From Persephonella sp. (lineage in GTDB: Bacteria; Aquificota; Aquificia; Aquificales; Hydrogenothermaceae): a DNA stretch of 16,093 nt. The notes under the pieces were generated by a model, which saw only the letters and a list, made by a program, of their open reading frames with translations, had not been told where the DNA came from and made no database searches. Shown piece after piece: positions 1 to 9,237 of the stretch. Position numbers and translations under genes: made by a program. The DNA is taken from positions 1 to 16,093 of the forward strand of contig QNZC01000009.1 in assembly GCA_003978565.1 (NCBI GenBank), read 5' to 3'. The first letter of the stretch is position 1, and every line of letters begins with the position of its first letter.

Positions 1-876
1 GTTTTAATAGATGGTTCATCATATATGTATAGAGCTTTTTATGCATTACCACCTCTTACAAGCCCTAAAGGAGAACCTACAGGGGCTATATATGGCTTTA
101 TTAGAATGTTATCTTCCCTAATAAGGGAAGTTAATCCTGATTATATAGCTGTTGTATTTGATTTATCAAAAAAAACATTTAGACATAAAAAAGTTAAAAG
201 TTATAAGGCTACTAGACAGGAAACACCGAATTTATTAAAGGAACAAATTCCAAAGATAAAAGAAATTTTAAAGTTATGGGGAATTAAAGTTCTTGAGCTT
301 GAAGGTTATGAAGCAGATGATATAATTGCCACATTAACGAAAAAGTTTAAAAGCAGTTATGAAGTTTTAATAGTGTCTCCAGATAAGGATATGATACAAC
401 TTGTTGATAAAAATGTTAAACTGTTAAACCCAATCCAAAATATTATTTATGATATTGAGAAGGTGAAGGAAAAATACGGAATTTTCCCAAATCAGTTTGT
501 AGATTATCAAGCTATTGTTGGGGACAGTGTTGACAATATTAAAGGTGTTAAAGGAGTAGGTAAAAAGACAGCAGTATCACTTTTAAATCAGTATGGTAGT
601 TTAGATGAAATAATCAAAAATCTGGATAGTCTTAAACCTAAAGTTAAAGAGGCTTTTGAGAAAAGTATAGATGTCCTCAAAGAGGCAGAATTTTTAGTTA
701 AACTTAAAAATGACATAGATTTAAATATTCCTATAGAAGAGTTGGAAGTAAAAAATATCAGATGGAAAGATTTAAAGAAAGTTTTTGAGGAGTTAGGATT
801 TAAATCTTTGTTAAAAAAGCTGAAGGAAATGAAACTAAATGGTGAAAATAAACCATTACAAAAATCATTGTTTTAA
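1..876 (+). CDS. Stand-alone 5'-3' exonuclease (FEN / Pol I N-terminal-like, PIN plus H3TH domains); 5' end cut by window edge
   Basis: The frame is open from base 1: VLIDGSSYMYRAFYA matches the conserved N-terminus of Pol I-type 5'-3' exonucleases, so the true start lies upstream of the window. Acidic metal-site residues (VVFD, EADD, SPDKD) and an H3TH motif (VGDSVDNIKGVKGVGKKTA) are present. The stop at 874-876 comes after about 290 aa, so no polymerase domain follows. Confidence 0.8.
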   Translation, partial: VLIDGSSYMYRAFYALPPLTSPKGEPTGAIYGFIRMLSSLIREVNPDYIAVVFDLSKKTFRHKKVKSYKATRQETPNLLKEQIPKIKEILKLWGIKVLELEGYEADDIIATLTKKFKSSYEVLIVSPDKDMIQLVDKNVKLLNPIQNIIYDIEKVKEKYGIFPNQFVDYQAIVGDSVDNIKGVKGVGKKTAVSLLNQYGSLDEIIKNLDSLKPKVKEAFEKSIDVLKEAEFLVKLKNDIDLNIPIEELEVKNIRWKDLKKVFEELGFKSLLKKLKEMKLNGENKPLQKSLF

Positions 877-930
877 AATTTTTTAGTCTATTTTAGATTA
901 AATATTAATAACTATTTAAAGGATAAGATT

Positions 931-1896
931 ATGGAAAAGACTATAGAGAAACTTGATAACTTTAATGGCTCAATTTTAATCTTTACCCATGAAAATCCAG
1001 ATGGAGATGGTATAGGTAGTATGCTTGCTCTTTACAAGTTCTTAAAAAAGAAAGGTAAAAATATAGATATGGCTATGAAAGATGAACTTCCCCATACCTA
1101 TGACTTCCTCTCTAATGTTGATAAAATAAAAAAACTTCCAGTTGATAAAGTTTACGATTTAGGGATACTTGTTGATGCTGCAGGAGTTTTTAGGGCAGGA
1201 ACGGAGGTTAAAGCTAAAGAGTTTATGAGAATTGACCATCATAGAGAAGGGGAGAAGTATGGTGATTGGGATTATGTGGATATAACTGCTCCTTCAACGA
1301 CCACATTAGTTGCAAAACTTTTAAAGAGTTGGGATGAAAAACTAATTGATAAAGATATTGCTGAAAGTTTGTATGTTGGATTATTAACTGACACAGGTTC
1401 TTTTAGACATAGTAATATAACTCCAGAGATTTTTGATATAGCTAAGTTTTTAGTGAAAAAGGGAGCTGACCCTGTATATATATCACATAAAGTTTTTGAA
1501 AGAAATAAACCTGAAGCTATAAAACTGTTAAACAAAGTTTTATCAACATTACAGTTCCATGAAGGTGGAAAGGTCGCATCCTTAACTGTAAGGAAGAAAT
1601 TTTTTGATGATACAGGAGCAAAGGAAGAAGATACAGAAGGTTTTGTTAATTTTGCTAGAGGTATAGATGGAGTTGATATAGCCTTTATAATGATACAGAA
1701 ACCTAACAGACCTGATACTTGGAGAGTTTCTCTAAGAAGTAAAGGGAAATATAATGTGCAGGAGATAGCGAAGGAACTTGGAGGTGGTGGTCATAGAAAT
1801 GCTTCAGGTTGCAGATTGAATGGAGAGGAGGATGAGGTTAGGGAGAGGATACTGAGAGTAATAAATAAAAAGTTAAAGGAGGAAGAAAATAAATGA
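931..1896 (+). CDS. nrnA: DHH/DHHA1-family phosphoesterase, NrnA-like (nanoRNase / pAp phosphatase)
   Basis: The sequence carries the DHH-family motifs NPDGDGIGS, DHH (RIDHHREG) and the DHHA1 glycine-rich motif GGGGHRNASG. Its length of about 320 aa is typical of NrnA. A SD-like sequence (taaaggataag) precedes the ATG. Confidence 0.7.
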   Translation: MEKTIEKLDNFNGSILIFTHENPDGDGIGSMLALYKFLKKKGKNIDMAMKDELPHTYDFLSNVDKIKKLPVDKVYDLGILVDAAGVFRAGTEVKAKEFMRIDHHREGEKYGDWDYVDITAPSTTTLVAKLLKSWDEKLIDKDIAESLYVGLLTDTGSFRHSNITPEIFDIAKFLVKKGADPVYISHKVFERNKPEAIKLLNKVLSTLQFHEGGKVASLTVRKKFFDDTGAKEEDTEGFVNFARGIDGVDIAFIMIQKPNRPDTWRVSLRSKGKYNVQEIAKELGGGGHRNASGCRLNGEEDEVRERILRVINKKLKEEENK

Positions 1897-2438
1897 GAAA
1901 TTTAAAGAGGGTAGCTTTAGCTTTATCACTTCTACTAACTGTTTATATTTTCAGTTGTGTGAAGGTTCAAAGTTCAAAGGAGAAAATAATACCTGATTTA
2001 GTTGTTGAGCTTACACCTAAAAAATTTACTGAATTTTTAAAGGATAAGTTCCCTATAGAGAAAGATTTAACTGTAGGTAGGCTTATTTTGAAAAATCCAA
2101 ATGTTTTAACTATTGATAAGAATAATAAGTTAGAAATGAAAGCTGACATACTCTTTGACAGTTTGGTTGATGTTGAAGGGAGTATTGATATAGCTGGTAA
2201 TATAAAGTTTAATAAGGAAAATAAAACCTTTTACCTTCAAAATCCTGAAATAAAAAAATTTAGGATTTTAAAAAAAAATTTTATTCTGCCAGATGTGGTT
2301 AAATCTACTTTAAATACTTTAATCAATACATTTTTTAAAGAGATGCCTATATACAAATTTGACAAAGGTTATGAAAAATACTTAGTAAAAGATGTAAAAG
2401 TGGAAGATGGAAAGATAAAGCTAATTCTAGGATTTTAA
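1893..2438 (+). CDS. Putative lipoprotein (YceB/DUF1439-like size and composition), function unknown
   Basis: The N-terminus has a signal peptide with a lipobox-like IFSC ([22 protein letters not shown]). The start overlaps the nrnA stop (ATGA), which indicates translational coupling. The protein is 181 aa and Lys-rich. Confidence 0.5.
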   Translation: MRNLKRVALALSLLLTVYIFSCVKVQSSKEKIIPDLVVELTPKKFTEFLKDKFPIEKDLTVGRLILKNPNVLTIDKNNKLEMKADILFDSLVDVEGSIDIAGNIKFNKENKTFYLQNPEIKKFRILKKNFILPDVVKSTLNTLINTFFKEMPIYKFDKGYEKYLVKDVKVEDGKIKLILGF

Positions 2439-3754
2439 AGATTATTTTTCTCTATAAACTCTTTCATATCTTCCAAGGCTCTTTTTGCCTTTAACTCTTT
2501 TCTTTTTCTCTTATCTTTAATTTTTCTTCCATTAATTTTTATATCTGGAAGTATTGCAAAGTTAGGGTTCATAGGTTGAAGCTCCTTTTTAGGTTCAGTG
2601 ATGTAATTTACCAATGCTCCAAGCATTGTTGTTTTAGGAAAAATTAAAGGTTCTTCACCTTTTATTATCCTTGCTATATTTATTCCTGCCAAAATTCCCG
2701 TTGAAGCAGAAGCTACATATCCCTCTACGCCTGTAATCTGTCCCGCAAAAAGTATATTTGGAAAATCTTTCATCTGTAAAGTAGGTTTTAAAACTTTATG
2801 GGATTGTATAAATGTATTTCTATGTATTGAGCCTAATCGGACGAATGTTGCATCTTTGAGGGCAGGTATAAGTCTGAAAATTCTCTTCTGCTCTGGATAC
2901 TTTAGCTTAGTTTGAAATCCAACTAAAGATAAAAGTGTTCCTTCCTTGTTTTCTTTTCTTAACTGAACTACCGCATAAGGCTGTTTACCTGTTTTTGGGT
3001 CAATAAGCCCAACAGGTTTCATTGGTCCAAACAGAAGTGTCTGTTTTCCTCTCCTAGCTATCTCCTCTATTGGAAGACAACCTTCAAAGAATACTGCTCT
3101 TTCAAAATCCTTCAAAGGAACCTGTTTCCCTTTTAATAACTCTTTATAAAATTTTTCATACTCCTCTTCAGTTAAAACACAGTTAAAGTAATCACCTTCT
3201 CCTTTGTTATATCTATCTCCCCAAAATCCCTTTGAGTAATCTACAGTTTCCGCATCTACTGTTGGAGCTATAGCATCATAAAAGTAGAGATACTCTTCCC
3301 CTGTTAGTTTTTGTATTTCTTTAGAAAGTTTTTCTGAAGTTAAAGGTCCAGTTGCAATTAAAATAAAGTCATAATCTTTGGGAATTTCTGTAATTTCTTC
3401 CCTTATAACATTTATATTTTCATGCTCCTCTAAAACCTTTGTTATATCTTCAGAAAATTTTTCTCTATCTACTGCTAAAGCTCCACCTGCAGGAACAGAG
3501 TGCTCTTCAGCTATCTTAAGTATTAAAGAGTTTAAAAGTCTCATCTCTTCCTTTAATAGACCTGCTCCTGTAGTTATCTCCCTTCCACCTAGAGAGTTGC
3601 TACATACAAGCTCAGAAAACTTACCAGTTCTATGAGCTGGAGTGAGTTTTTTAGGCCTCATTTCATACAAATCAACTTTTATGCCCTCATTTGCCAGTCT
3701 ATAGCTAGCCTCTGACCCTGCCAGACCACCACCTATCACAGCTACTTTATACAT
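2435..3754 (-). CDS. trmFO: Methylenetetrahydrofolate--tRNA-(uracil54-C5)-methyltransferase TrmFO (Gid)
   Basis: The N-terminal FAD-binding motif [21 protein letters not shown] and the following [19 protein letters not shown] and [22 protein letters not shown] blocks are characteristic of TrmFO. The length is about 439 aa. Confidence 0.9.
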   Translation of the reverse strand: MYKVAVIGGGLAGSEASYRLANEGIKVDLYEMRPKKLTPAHRTGKFSELVCSNSLGGREITTGAGLLKEEMRLLNSLILKIAEEHSVPAGGALAVDREKFSEDITKVLEEHENINVIREEITEIPKDYDFILIATGPLTSEKLSKEIQKLTGEEYLYFYDAIAPTVDAETVDYSKGFWGDRYNKGEGDYFNCVLTEEEYEKFYKELLKGKQVPLKDFERAVFFEGCLPIEEIARRGKQTLLFGPMKPVGLIDPKTGKQPYAVVQLRKENKEGTLLSLVGFQTKLKYPEQKRIFRLIPALKDATFVRLGSIHRNTFIQSHKVLKPTLQMKDFPNILFAGQITGVEGYVASASTGILAGINIARIIKGEEPLIFPKTTMLGALVNYITEPKKELQPMNPNFAILPDIKINGRKIKDKRKRKELKAKRALEDMKEFIEKNNL

Positions 3755-3836
3755 AAATCTAACCTCTCAAATAAATTTGTTATTTTTTCACAGTTTTAAT
3801 ATATTTGGGAATTAAATTTTAAATTGCAACCTTCAA

Positions 3837-3847
3837 AAAGGAGGAGG
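3837..3847 (+). promoter_or_regulatory. Shine-Dalgarno AAAGGAGGAGG for the HExxH protein gene
   Basis: A perfect extended SD lies 9 nt upstream of ATG 3857. This is the basis for rejecting the upstream TTG start. Confidence 0.6.
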
Positions 3848-3856
3848 CTTAAATCT

Positions 3857-4771
3857 ATGGTAAGAATTATAAATATAGTCTTTTTAATAAATTTTTTACT
3901 AAATTTAACATGTTTTGGAAAAGAACTTAATGATATTAAATATGTTAGCGATTACATTAAACATATTGAAAATTTAACTGATGCAAAAATTTCATATATA
4001 ACTAATATCACATTTCAATGTTATTACTACTATATAACTAAATTAAAAACTTTAGAAAAGGATATATTAAAATCTGCGGAAAAGGGAAGACAAAATAAGT
4101 TTCCAATAATTCCTTCAAATGGTTATTCTTACTGTCCCAAAGTAATAGTAAATGTTTCATCTGCTCCTTTAGAACCAGAGGGAATTTTTAGAAAAGGAGT
4201 GATAATTATAAACTATGACCCTTCAAAAATGTGTAAAGAGAAAGAACTTTTTGGAGTTTTTAAAGAAAAGATTTGTGAAAAACCTAACTTTGATTTAACA
4301 CTAATGCATGAGTTAACACATTTTGCATTTTCTAAAATTTATGGAAATATTAAATTTAGAAAAGTTCTATTTGATAGTTATGATAGATGTATGGAAGAAA
4401 ACTGCTCTGAACTACCTTTACTAAATGAAATTGTGGCATATAGAAATTTTTATGATGAGTTTTCAGCTATACTGTTTTCAAATATCTGGATAAAATTACA
4501 AAAATGCAGTTTTGCAGATGTAAAAGATTTGCCTAATTTTAAATTCTTTATAAGAACCACTTTATTCTTATCAAAGAAAGAGTTTTTAACTTGTAGATTA
4601 AATGGAGATTGTGGAGTTTTTTATCTATACAAACAGTTAAGAAACATATCAAACAGTTTTAATCTATGTTTACCTAAAAAAGAGGCATTTAAATCTTTAA
4701 TTAAAATCTGCATTAATAAGGAAAAGAAAGATTTACTTCCCCTATTAAAAACTTACCTTCAATCCTTTTAA
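3857..4771 (+). CDS. Secreted cysteine-rich protein with an HExxH motif (putative zinc metallopeptidase-like), family unknown
   Basis: The start is re-called at ATG 3857, which is preceded by AAAGGAGGAGG 9 nt upstream; the ORF track began at an in-frame TTG at 3824. An N-terminal hydrophobic signal runs MVRIINIVFLINFLLNLTCFG. HELTH lies at 4307-4321 within LMHELTHFAF. About 13 Cys residues are present. Confidence 0.55.
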   Translation: MVRIINIVFLINFLLNLTCFGKELNDIKYVSDYIKHIENLTDAKISYITNITFQCYYYYITKLKTLEKDILKSAEKGRQNKFPIIPSNGYSYCPKVIVNVSSAPLEPEGIFRKGVIIINYDPSKMCKEKELFGVFKEKICEKPNFDLTLMHELTHFAFSKIYGNIKFRKVLFDSYDRCMEENCSELPLLNEIVAYRNFYDEFSAILFSNIWIKLQKCSFADVKDLPNFKFFIRTTLFLSKKEFLTCRLNGDCGVFYLYKQLRNISNSFNLCLPKKEAFKSLIKICINKEKKDLLPLLKTYLQSF

Positions 4772-4863
4772 GGGGGCTATTAAGGTGATGAAAGTCATTT
4801 ATAATGGTTGTTTTTTTAATTTTAATATGAAATTGAGTTTCAATAAAAATAAAGGGTAGAAAG

Positions 4864-5850
4864 ATGAAGAAGAAACATTTAATACTCTTTTTTATAGCTG
4901 GAAAGGTTTTTGCCCAAGAGACAGAAAAACCCTTTATAAAGGAACACGAGAAACACAAACATAAACTAGATTTTGTAAATGCTGTTGTTTTTCAGTCTAT
5001 TAAAGATTACTCAACAGTTTACGGCACATCTCATCTATTCTTTACACTTAATTTAGATAAAAATAATCTTATTTTTGTTAATACTGGTGTTTCCTTTGGG
5101 AATGGTTTAAATAAAAAATTGGAAAGATTAGGTTATTCTATTAGCTCCACAGCCGATGATTTAGAGGATGATTTGAGGGACATAAACGGAACAGGTAGAA
5201 AATATCTATTGGAAGCTTTCTATCAGTTTAATAACGACAGAGTAAACTTTACGGCAGGTCTTATAGATAGCACAGCATTTATAGATAGTAATAAGTATGC
5301 AAATGATGAACATATGCAGTTTTTAAACCCTTCATTGGTTAACAATCCAATAGCTGTATTACCCTCTTATAACTTTGGAGCTAATATAAAGCTAAAACTT
5401 GCAGATTTTTTAGAAACAGATATTCTTTATATGGAAAATAAACCTGATAGTGGAAATGTGGGTATTGTAGAGTTTGATTTTTCTTTTAATAATCTAAACA
5501 TTAGACCTTATTACTACTATTTATTTGGAACATATGAAAGAAAAGGATTTGGTTTTTCTGGAGACTATACATATAAAAATTTAGGTTTCTTTTTAAGATT
5601 AGGTAAAAATAGTAATGAATACAAAAATTTTTATAGTTATGGAACTAACTTAAACTTAAAAAAATTTGGAAATGTTGGTGTAGGATATAGTTATCTTTAT
5701 AACAATCCTGATAATAGAAGTATTAAAATTTTGGAAATATATCATAAATATAAACTTTCAAAGTATATAAGTTTTACTACTGACCTACAGTATTTGAAAG
5801 AGGTAAAAGAAAGAGTTGTTTACGGTTTCAGGTTTTATTTTGAATACTAA
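4864..5850 (+). CDS. Putative outer-membrane beta-barrel protein (porin-like) with a His-rich N-terminal segment
   Basis: A signal peptide MKKKHLILFFIAGKVFA-QE is present. The C-terminal beta-signal has alternating aromatics and ends ...GFRFYFEY. The body is rich in G/Y/N/T alternating strands. EHEKHKHK lies at 4942-4965. Confidence 0.55.
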   Translation: MKKKHLILFFIAGKVFAQETEKPFIKEHEKHKHKLDFVNAVVFQSIKDYSTVYGTSHLFFTLNLDKNNLIFVNTGVSFGNGLNKKLERLGYSISSTADDLEDDLRDINGTGRKYLLEAFYQFNNDRVNFTAGLIDSTAFIDSNKYANDEHMQFLNPSLVNNPIAVLPSYNFGANIKLKLADFLETDILYMENKPDSGNVGIVEFDFSFNNLNIRPYYYYLFGTYERKGFGFSGDYTYKNLGFFLRLGKNSNEYKNFYSYGTNLNLKKFGNVGVGYSYLYNNPDNRSIKILEIYHKYKLSKYISFTTDLQYLKEVKERVVYGFRFYFEY

Positions 5851-5895
5851 AGTTTTGAGATTGAATTTTAATAAAATTAAGAGGTGGAGAGTTAA

Positions 5896-8067
5896 ATGAA
5901 AAGGATAAAAATAGCTGTTGTTGGAAATCCAAACACCGGAAAGACAACATTTATAAATGGAATTGCTGGAACAGACCTACATATTGGGAACTGGGCTGGA
6001 GTTACAATAGAAAAGAAAGAGGCAGTTTTTAAATATAAAGATTACGAGATTTATCTTATAGATTTACCGGGTATATACAGCTTATCTAACGATGTAGCTG
6101 AAGAAAAAATCACCGTTGATTATTTAACTACTGAAAAACCTGATGTTGTTATAAATGTGATTGATATAACAAATTTAGAGAGAAATCTATATCTAACTAT
6201 TCAGCTTATAGAAATGGAACTTCCTCTAGTTCTAGCTCTAAACATGTGTGATGAAGCTAAAAAAGAGGGAATAGAAGTTAATTACAAAAAGTTATCTAGG
6301 TTCTTATGTGCTCCTGCGATACCAATATCTGCAAGGAGAAAGGAAGGAATTTTTAAAGTTTTAGATAAAGCTATAGAGATTTACGAGAGAGGTTTCCCTA
6401 AAAATTGTGAAATCAAGTATAAAGAGGATATTGAGGAAGAGATAAAAAGATTAGAAACAACTATAGAAAGGTATCAACCTAATCTTCTAAATAGATTTCC
6501 AAAGAGATTTTTAACTCTGTCCATACTTGAAGGAAATTATTTCTTTATAGGAGAAGACATAAAGTCAGAGATACTGAAAGAAGCTGAATTTTCACGGGGA
6601 AAGTTGGAAAAACTTTTTGAAAAAGATATATCAACAATAATAATTGAAGCCAGATACTCAATAGTAATAGGTATATATAAATCTGTAATAAGAAAAAGAA
6701 ATGAAGAAAATGTTATCAATCTTACATTAAGGTTAGACAATATTTTTTTAAATAAGTATTTAGGTTTTCCAATTTTCATAGTTATACTGTGGATACTATT
6801 TAATGCTACCTTCCAAATATCAACTCCATATGTGGATTGGTTAGATAGTTTAATAAACAATTTAATAATTCCCTACACTTACCATCTTTTAACAGATTTA
6901 GGAGTTTCAAACTGGTTTAAATCTCTAATACTTGATGGAATTATAACAGGAGTTGGTTTTGTATTGGTGTTTATACCTGTCCTCTTTTTCCTTTATCTAT
7001 TTATGGCTTTTTTAGAGGAAAGTGGTTATATGTCAAGGGTTGCATTTCTAATGGATAGAATAATGGCAATCTTTGGATTAAGTGGAAAATCTTTTATTCC
7101 CTTAATACTAGGTTTCGGTTGTAATGTTCCTGCAGTATACTCAACGAAAGCTTTAGAAGATTACAAAATCAAGGTTCTAACAGTTCTATTAATACCATTT
7201 ATGTCCTGTGGGGCAAGATTAACAGTTTTTGTTTTCTTTACAACGATATTTTTTGAAGAAAATAAAGCCTTAGTTATTCTATTTTTATACCTACTGGGAG
7301 TTTTTGTAGCTGGTGTTGTAGCCTTTATACTACAAAAATTTATTATAAAAGAGGAAGTTTCTCACTTTATACTTGAGCTTCCACCATACAGAATTCCATC
7401 TTTCAAATATATGGTTAGATACTCTTGGATAAAAACTAAAGCATTTATCAAAGATGCGGGAAGTTTTATTTTAGCAACATCAATTATCATATGGTTTTTA
7501 CTTCATATTCCATTTGGAGTTAAAAATTTAGAGGATAGTTTATTCGGAAAGGTTAGTTCTGCCATAGCTCCAGTTTTTGAGCCTCTAGGTTTTGGAAATT
7601 GGCAGGCTACAGGAGCGTTAATATCAGGTTTTGTTGCAAAAGAGGTGGTTATAGCAACAATGGGTAATATTTATGCAGAAGAGATAAGGGAGGAAATTCC
7701 AGAGAAACCAGATTTTCGCAAATTTAATGAGATTGTTATAAATGGATTTATAGATACAAATATTCAGGCTATTAAAAATATACCCCAGATTTTAAATATA
7801 AACCTTTTAGGAGAATTAGAGATTAAAGAAGATGAGAAAGATAATAAACTTATGGAGGTAATAAGAAAATCATTTACTCCAATATCAGCATTGTCTTTTT
7901 TAGTTTTTTTACTTTTATACACTCCCTGTATGGCAACAATTGCCGCTATAAAACAGGAGTTAAACAGTTATAAATGGGTTTTGGTTTCCGTTTCTATAAG
8001 CCTATCTACAGCTTGGATTGTATCATTTATTGTTTACAATTTAGGAAGATTTTTCATCAATGTATGA
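5896..8067 (+). CDS. feoB: Ferrous iron transporter FeoB (N-terminal G-domain plus polytopic permease)
   Basis: The G1 motif VVGNPNTGKTT and DLPGIYSL (G3) are present and multiple TM helices follow. The length is 723 aa. The SD AGAGGTGGAG is upstream. No feoA-like small ORF sits in the 45-nt gap upstream. Confidence 0.9.
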   Translation: MKRIKIAVVGNPNTGKTTFINGIAGTDLHIGNWAGVTIEKKEAVFKYKDYEIYLIDLPGIYSLSNDVAEEKITVDYLTTEKPDVVINVIDITNLERNLYLTIQLIEMELPLVLALNMCDEAKKEGIEVNYKKLSRFLCAPAIPISARRKEGIFKVLDKAIEIYERGFPKNCEIKYKEDIEEEIKRLETTIERYQPNLLNRFPKRFLTLSILEGNYFFIGEDIKSEILKEAEFSRGKLEKLFEKDISTIIIEARYSIVIGIYKSVIRKRNEENVINLTLRLDNIFLNKYLGFPIFIVILWILFNATFQISTPYVDWLDSLINNLIIPYTYHLLTDLGVSNWFKSLILDGIITGVGFVLVFIPVLFFLYLFMAFLEESGYMSRVAFLMDRIMAIFGLSGKSFIPLILGFGCNVPAVYSTKALEDYKIKVLTVLLIPFMSCGARLTVFVFFTTIFFEENKALVILFLYLLGVFVAGVVAFILQKFIIKEEVSHFILELPPYRIPSFKYMVRYSWIKTKAFIKDAGSFILATSIIIWFLLHIPFGVKNLEDSLFGKVSSAIAPVFEPLGFGNWQATGALISGFVAKEVVIATMGNIYAEEIREEIPEKPDFRKFNEIVINGFIDTNIQAIKNIPQILNINLLGELEIKEDEKDNKLMEVIRKSFTPISALSFLVFLLLYTPCMATIAAIKQELNSYKWVLVSVSISLSTAWIVSFIVYNLGRFFINV

Positions 8068-8232
8068 GATTTAAAATACATATTTTATTTTTTCCTCTTT
8101 TTTATTTTTTTATTAAATTTAAATTTATAACTGATTTTATTCACTTAATTTTCTCAACAAATCTGCATAAGTTTTAATTATTAAAATTACCGAATATATT
8201 TATTAAAACGAATAAATTTTTAGGAGGAAGTA

Positions 8233-9237
8233 ATGAGTTTATTAGGGAAAATTCTAGTTAGGAAAAGAGAAGATTTAGAAAATAATGAGGTGAAAAAAGA
8301 AAATTTAGGAATACATCCTTTAGTTTCAGTTAAAGCAAAATATAAAGAGTTAAGGGATTATATACTACCTGTTTTCGGAGCAATATTTTTGGGAGTGTTT
8401 ATTGGCGTTTCTGCAAAACTCATAATGGACAACAAAGAAAAATTTTACTCTACCACTGTAAATGTAGAATTAAATGAGGTGAAAAATGAAAAAAATATGA
8501 AAAATATTGACAATTCTGCAAAAGAGACAAAATTAGTAAACATAAATCAAAAAAATAGTGAAGAAAAGAAGATGTTTACAAATCAAAATGTTGGAAAAAT
8601 TGAACAAAATAAGATTGAGGAGACAAAAATTGTCAATAATGACAATATTGATGAGAGAAAAAAGCTTATAAAGGAGATTTTAAATAAAGCTAGAATAAAA
8701 GAATTATCGGGAGATTTAGATGAAGCTCTAGTTCTATATAAAAAAGCTTGGGTCTTAGATAGAAAAAATGTGGATATTTTATATAAATTGGCTGTTATAA
8801 ACTTTAAAATTGGTTATTTTAAAAATTCTATAAAGTATGCTGATGAAATATTAAAAATAAAAAAAGATTTTATCCCCGCAATTCTGATAAAAGGTAAAGC
8901 TTACGAAAAATTAGGAATGTTCTCTAAAGCTCAAACTGTCCTTGAGGAAGCTTATTTCTACTATCCAGAAAATAAAGACTTGGTAGAAACTTTGGCAAAG
9001 TTATATGAAAAACAGGGAGATTATTTGGTTGCAAAAGATTATTACGAAGTTTTATCTAATATGGGATATATAGAGGGAGATGTTGGTTTGGCAAAAATTT
9101 ATGAAAAGCTGGGAGATAAGAAAAAGGCATATGAGTATTACAAAAAAGTTTATGAAAATCCCAATATCCCAGATGATTTAAGAATAAAAATTGAACAAAA
9201 ACTAATTTCATTAGAGGATAGCGATGAAGGTATTTGA
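8233..9237 (+). CDS. Membrane-anchored TPR-repeat protein
   Basis: The SD TAGGAGGAAG precedes ATG 8233. A single TM helix LPVFGAIFLGVFIGVSAKLIM is followed by an N/K/E-rich low-complexity linker. The C-terminal part contains about 5 TPR-like repeats (ALVLYKKAWVLD..., AKLYEKQGDYLVAKDYYEV..., LAKIYEKLGDKKKAYEYYKK). Confidence 0.7.
   Translation: MSLLGKILVRKREDLENNEVKKENLGIHPLVSVKAKYKELRDYILPVFGAIFLGVFIGVSAKLIMDNKEKFYSTTVNVELNEVKNEKNMKNIDNSAKETKLVNINQKNSEEKKMFTNQNVGKIEQNKIEETKIVNNDNIDERKKLIKEILNKARIKELSGDLDEALVLYKKAWVLDRKNVDILYKLAVINFKIGYFKNSIKYADEILKIKKDFIPAILIKGKAYEKLGMFSKAQTVLEEAYFYYPENKDLVETLAKLYEKQGDYLVAKDYYEVLSNMGYIEGDVGLAKIYEKLGDKKKAYEYYKKVYENPNIPDDLRIKIEQKLISLEDSDEGI

Noticed and set aside
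1272-1535. Antisense or embedded ORFs in the six-frame track (1272-1535, 1967-2149, 3378-3635, 4713-4958, 6537-6860, 7974-8177, 12695-12928, 15521-15748)
   Set aside because: All lie inside or antisense to much longer ORFs with clear family motifs. They have low-complexity, Phe/Ile/Ser-rich composition typical of chance frames in AT-rich DNA, and no SD.
3824-3856. N-terminal extension of the HExxH protein from a TTG start
   Set aside because: ATG at 3857 has a near-perfect SD (AAAGGAGGAGG) at proper spacing. The 11-aa extension (MQPSKRRRLKS) would bury the SD in coding sequence.
7931-7943. TGGCAacaaTTGC resembling a sigma54 -24/-12 promoter
   Set aside because: The GG to GC spacing is 2 nt too short, and it lies inside the feoB coding sequence.
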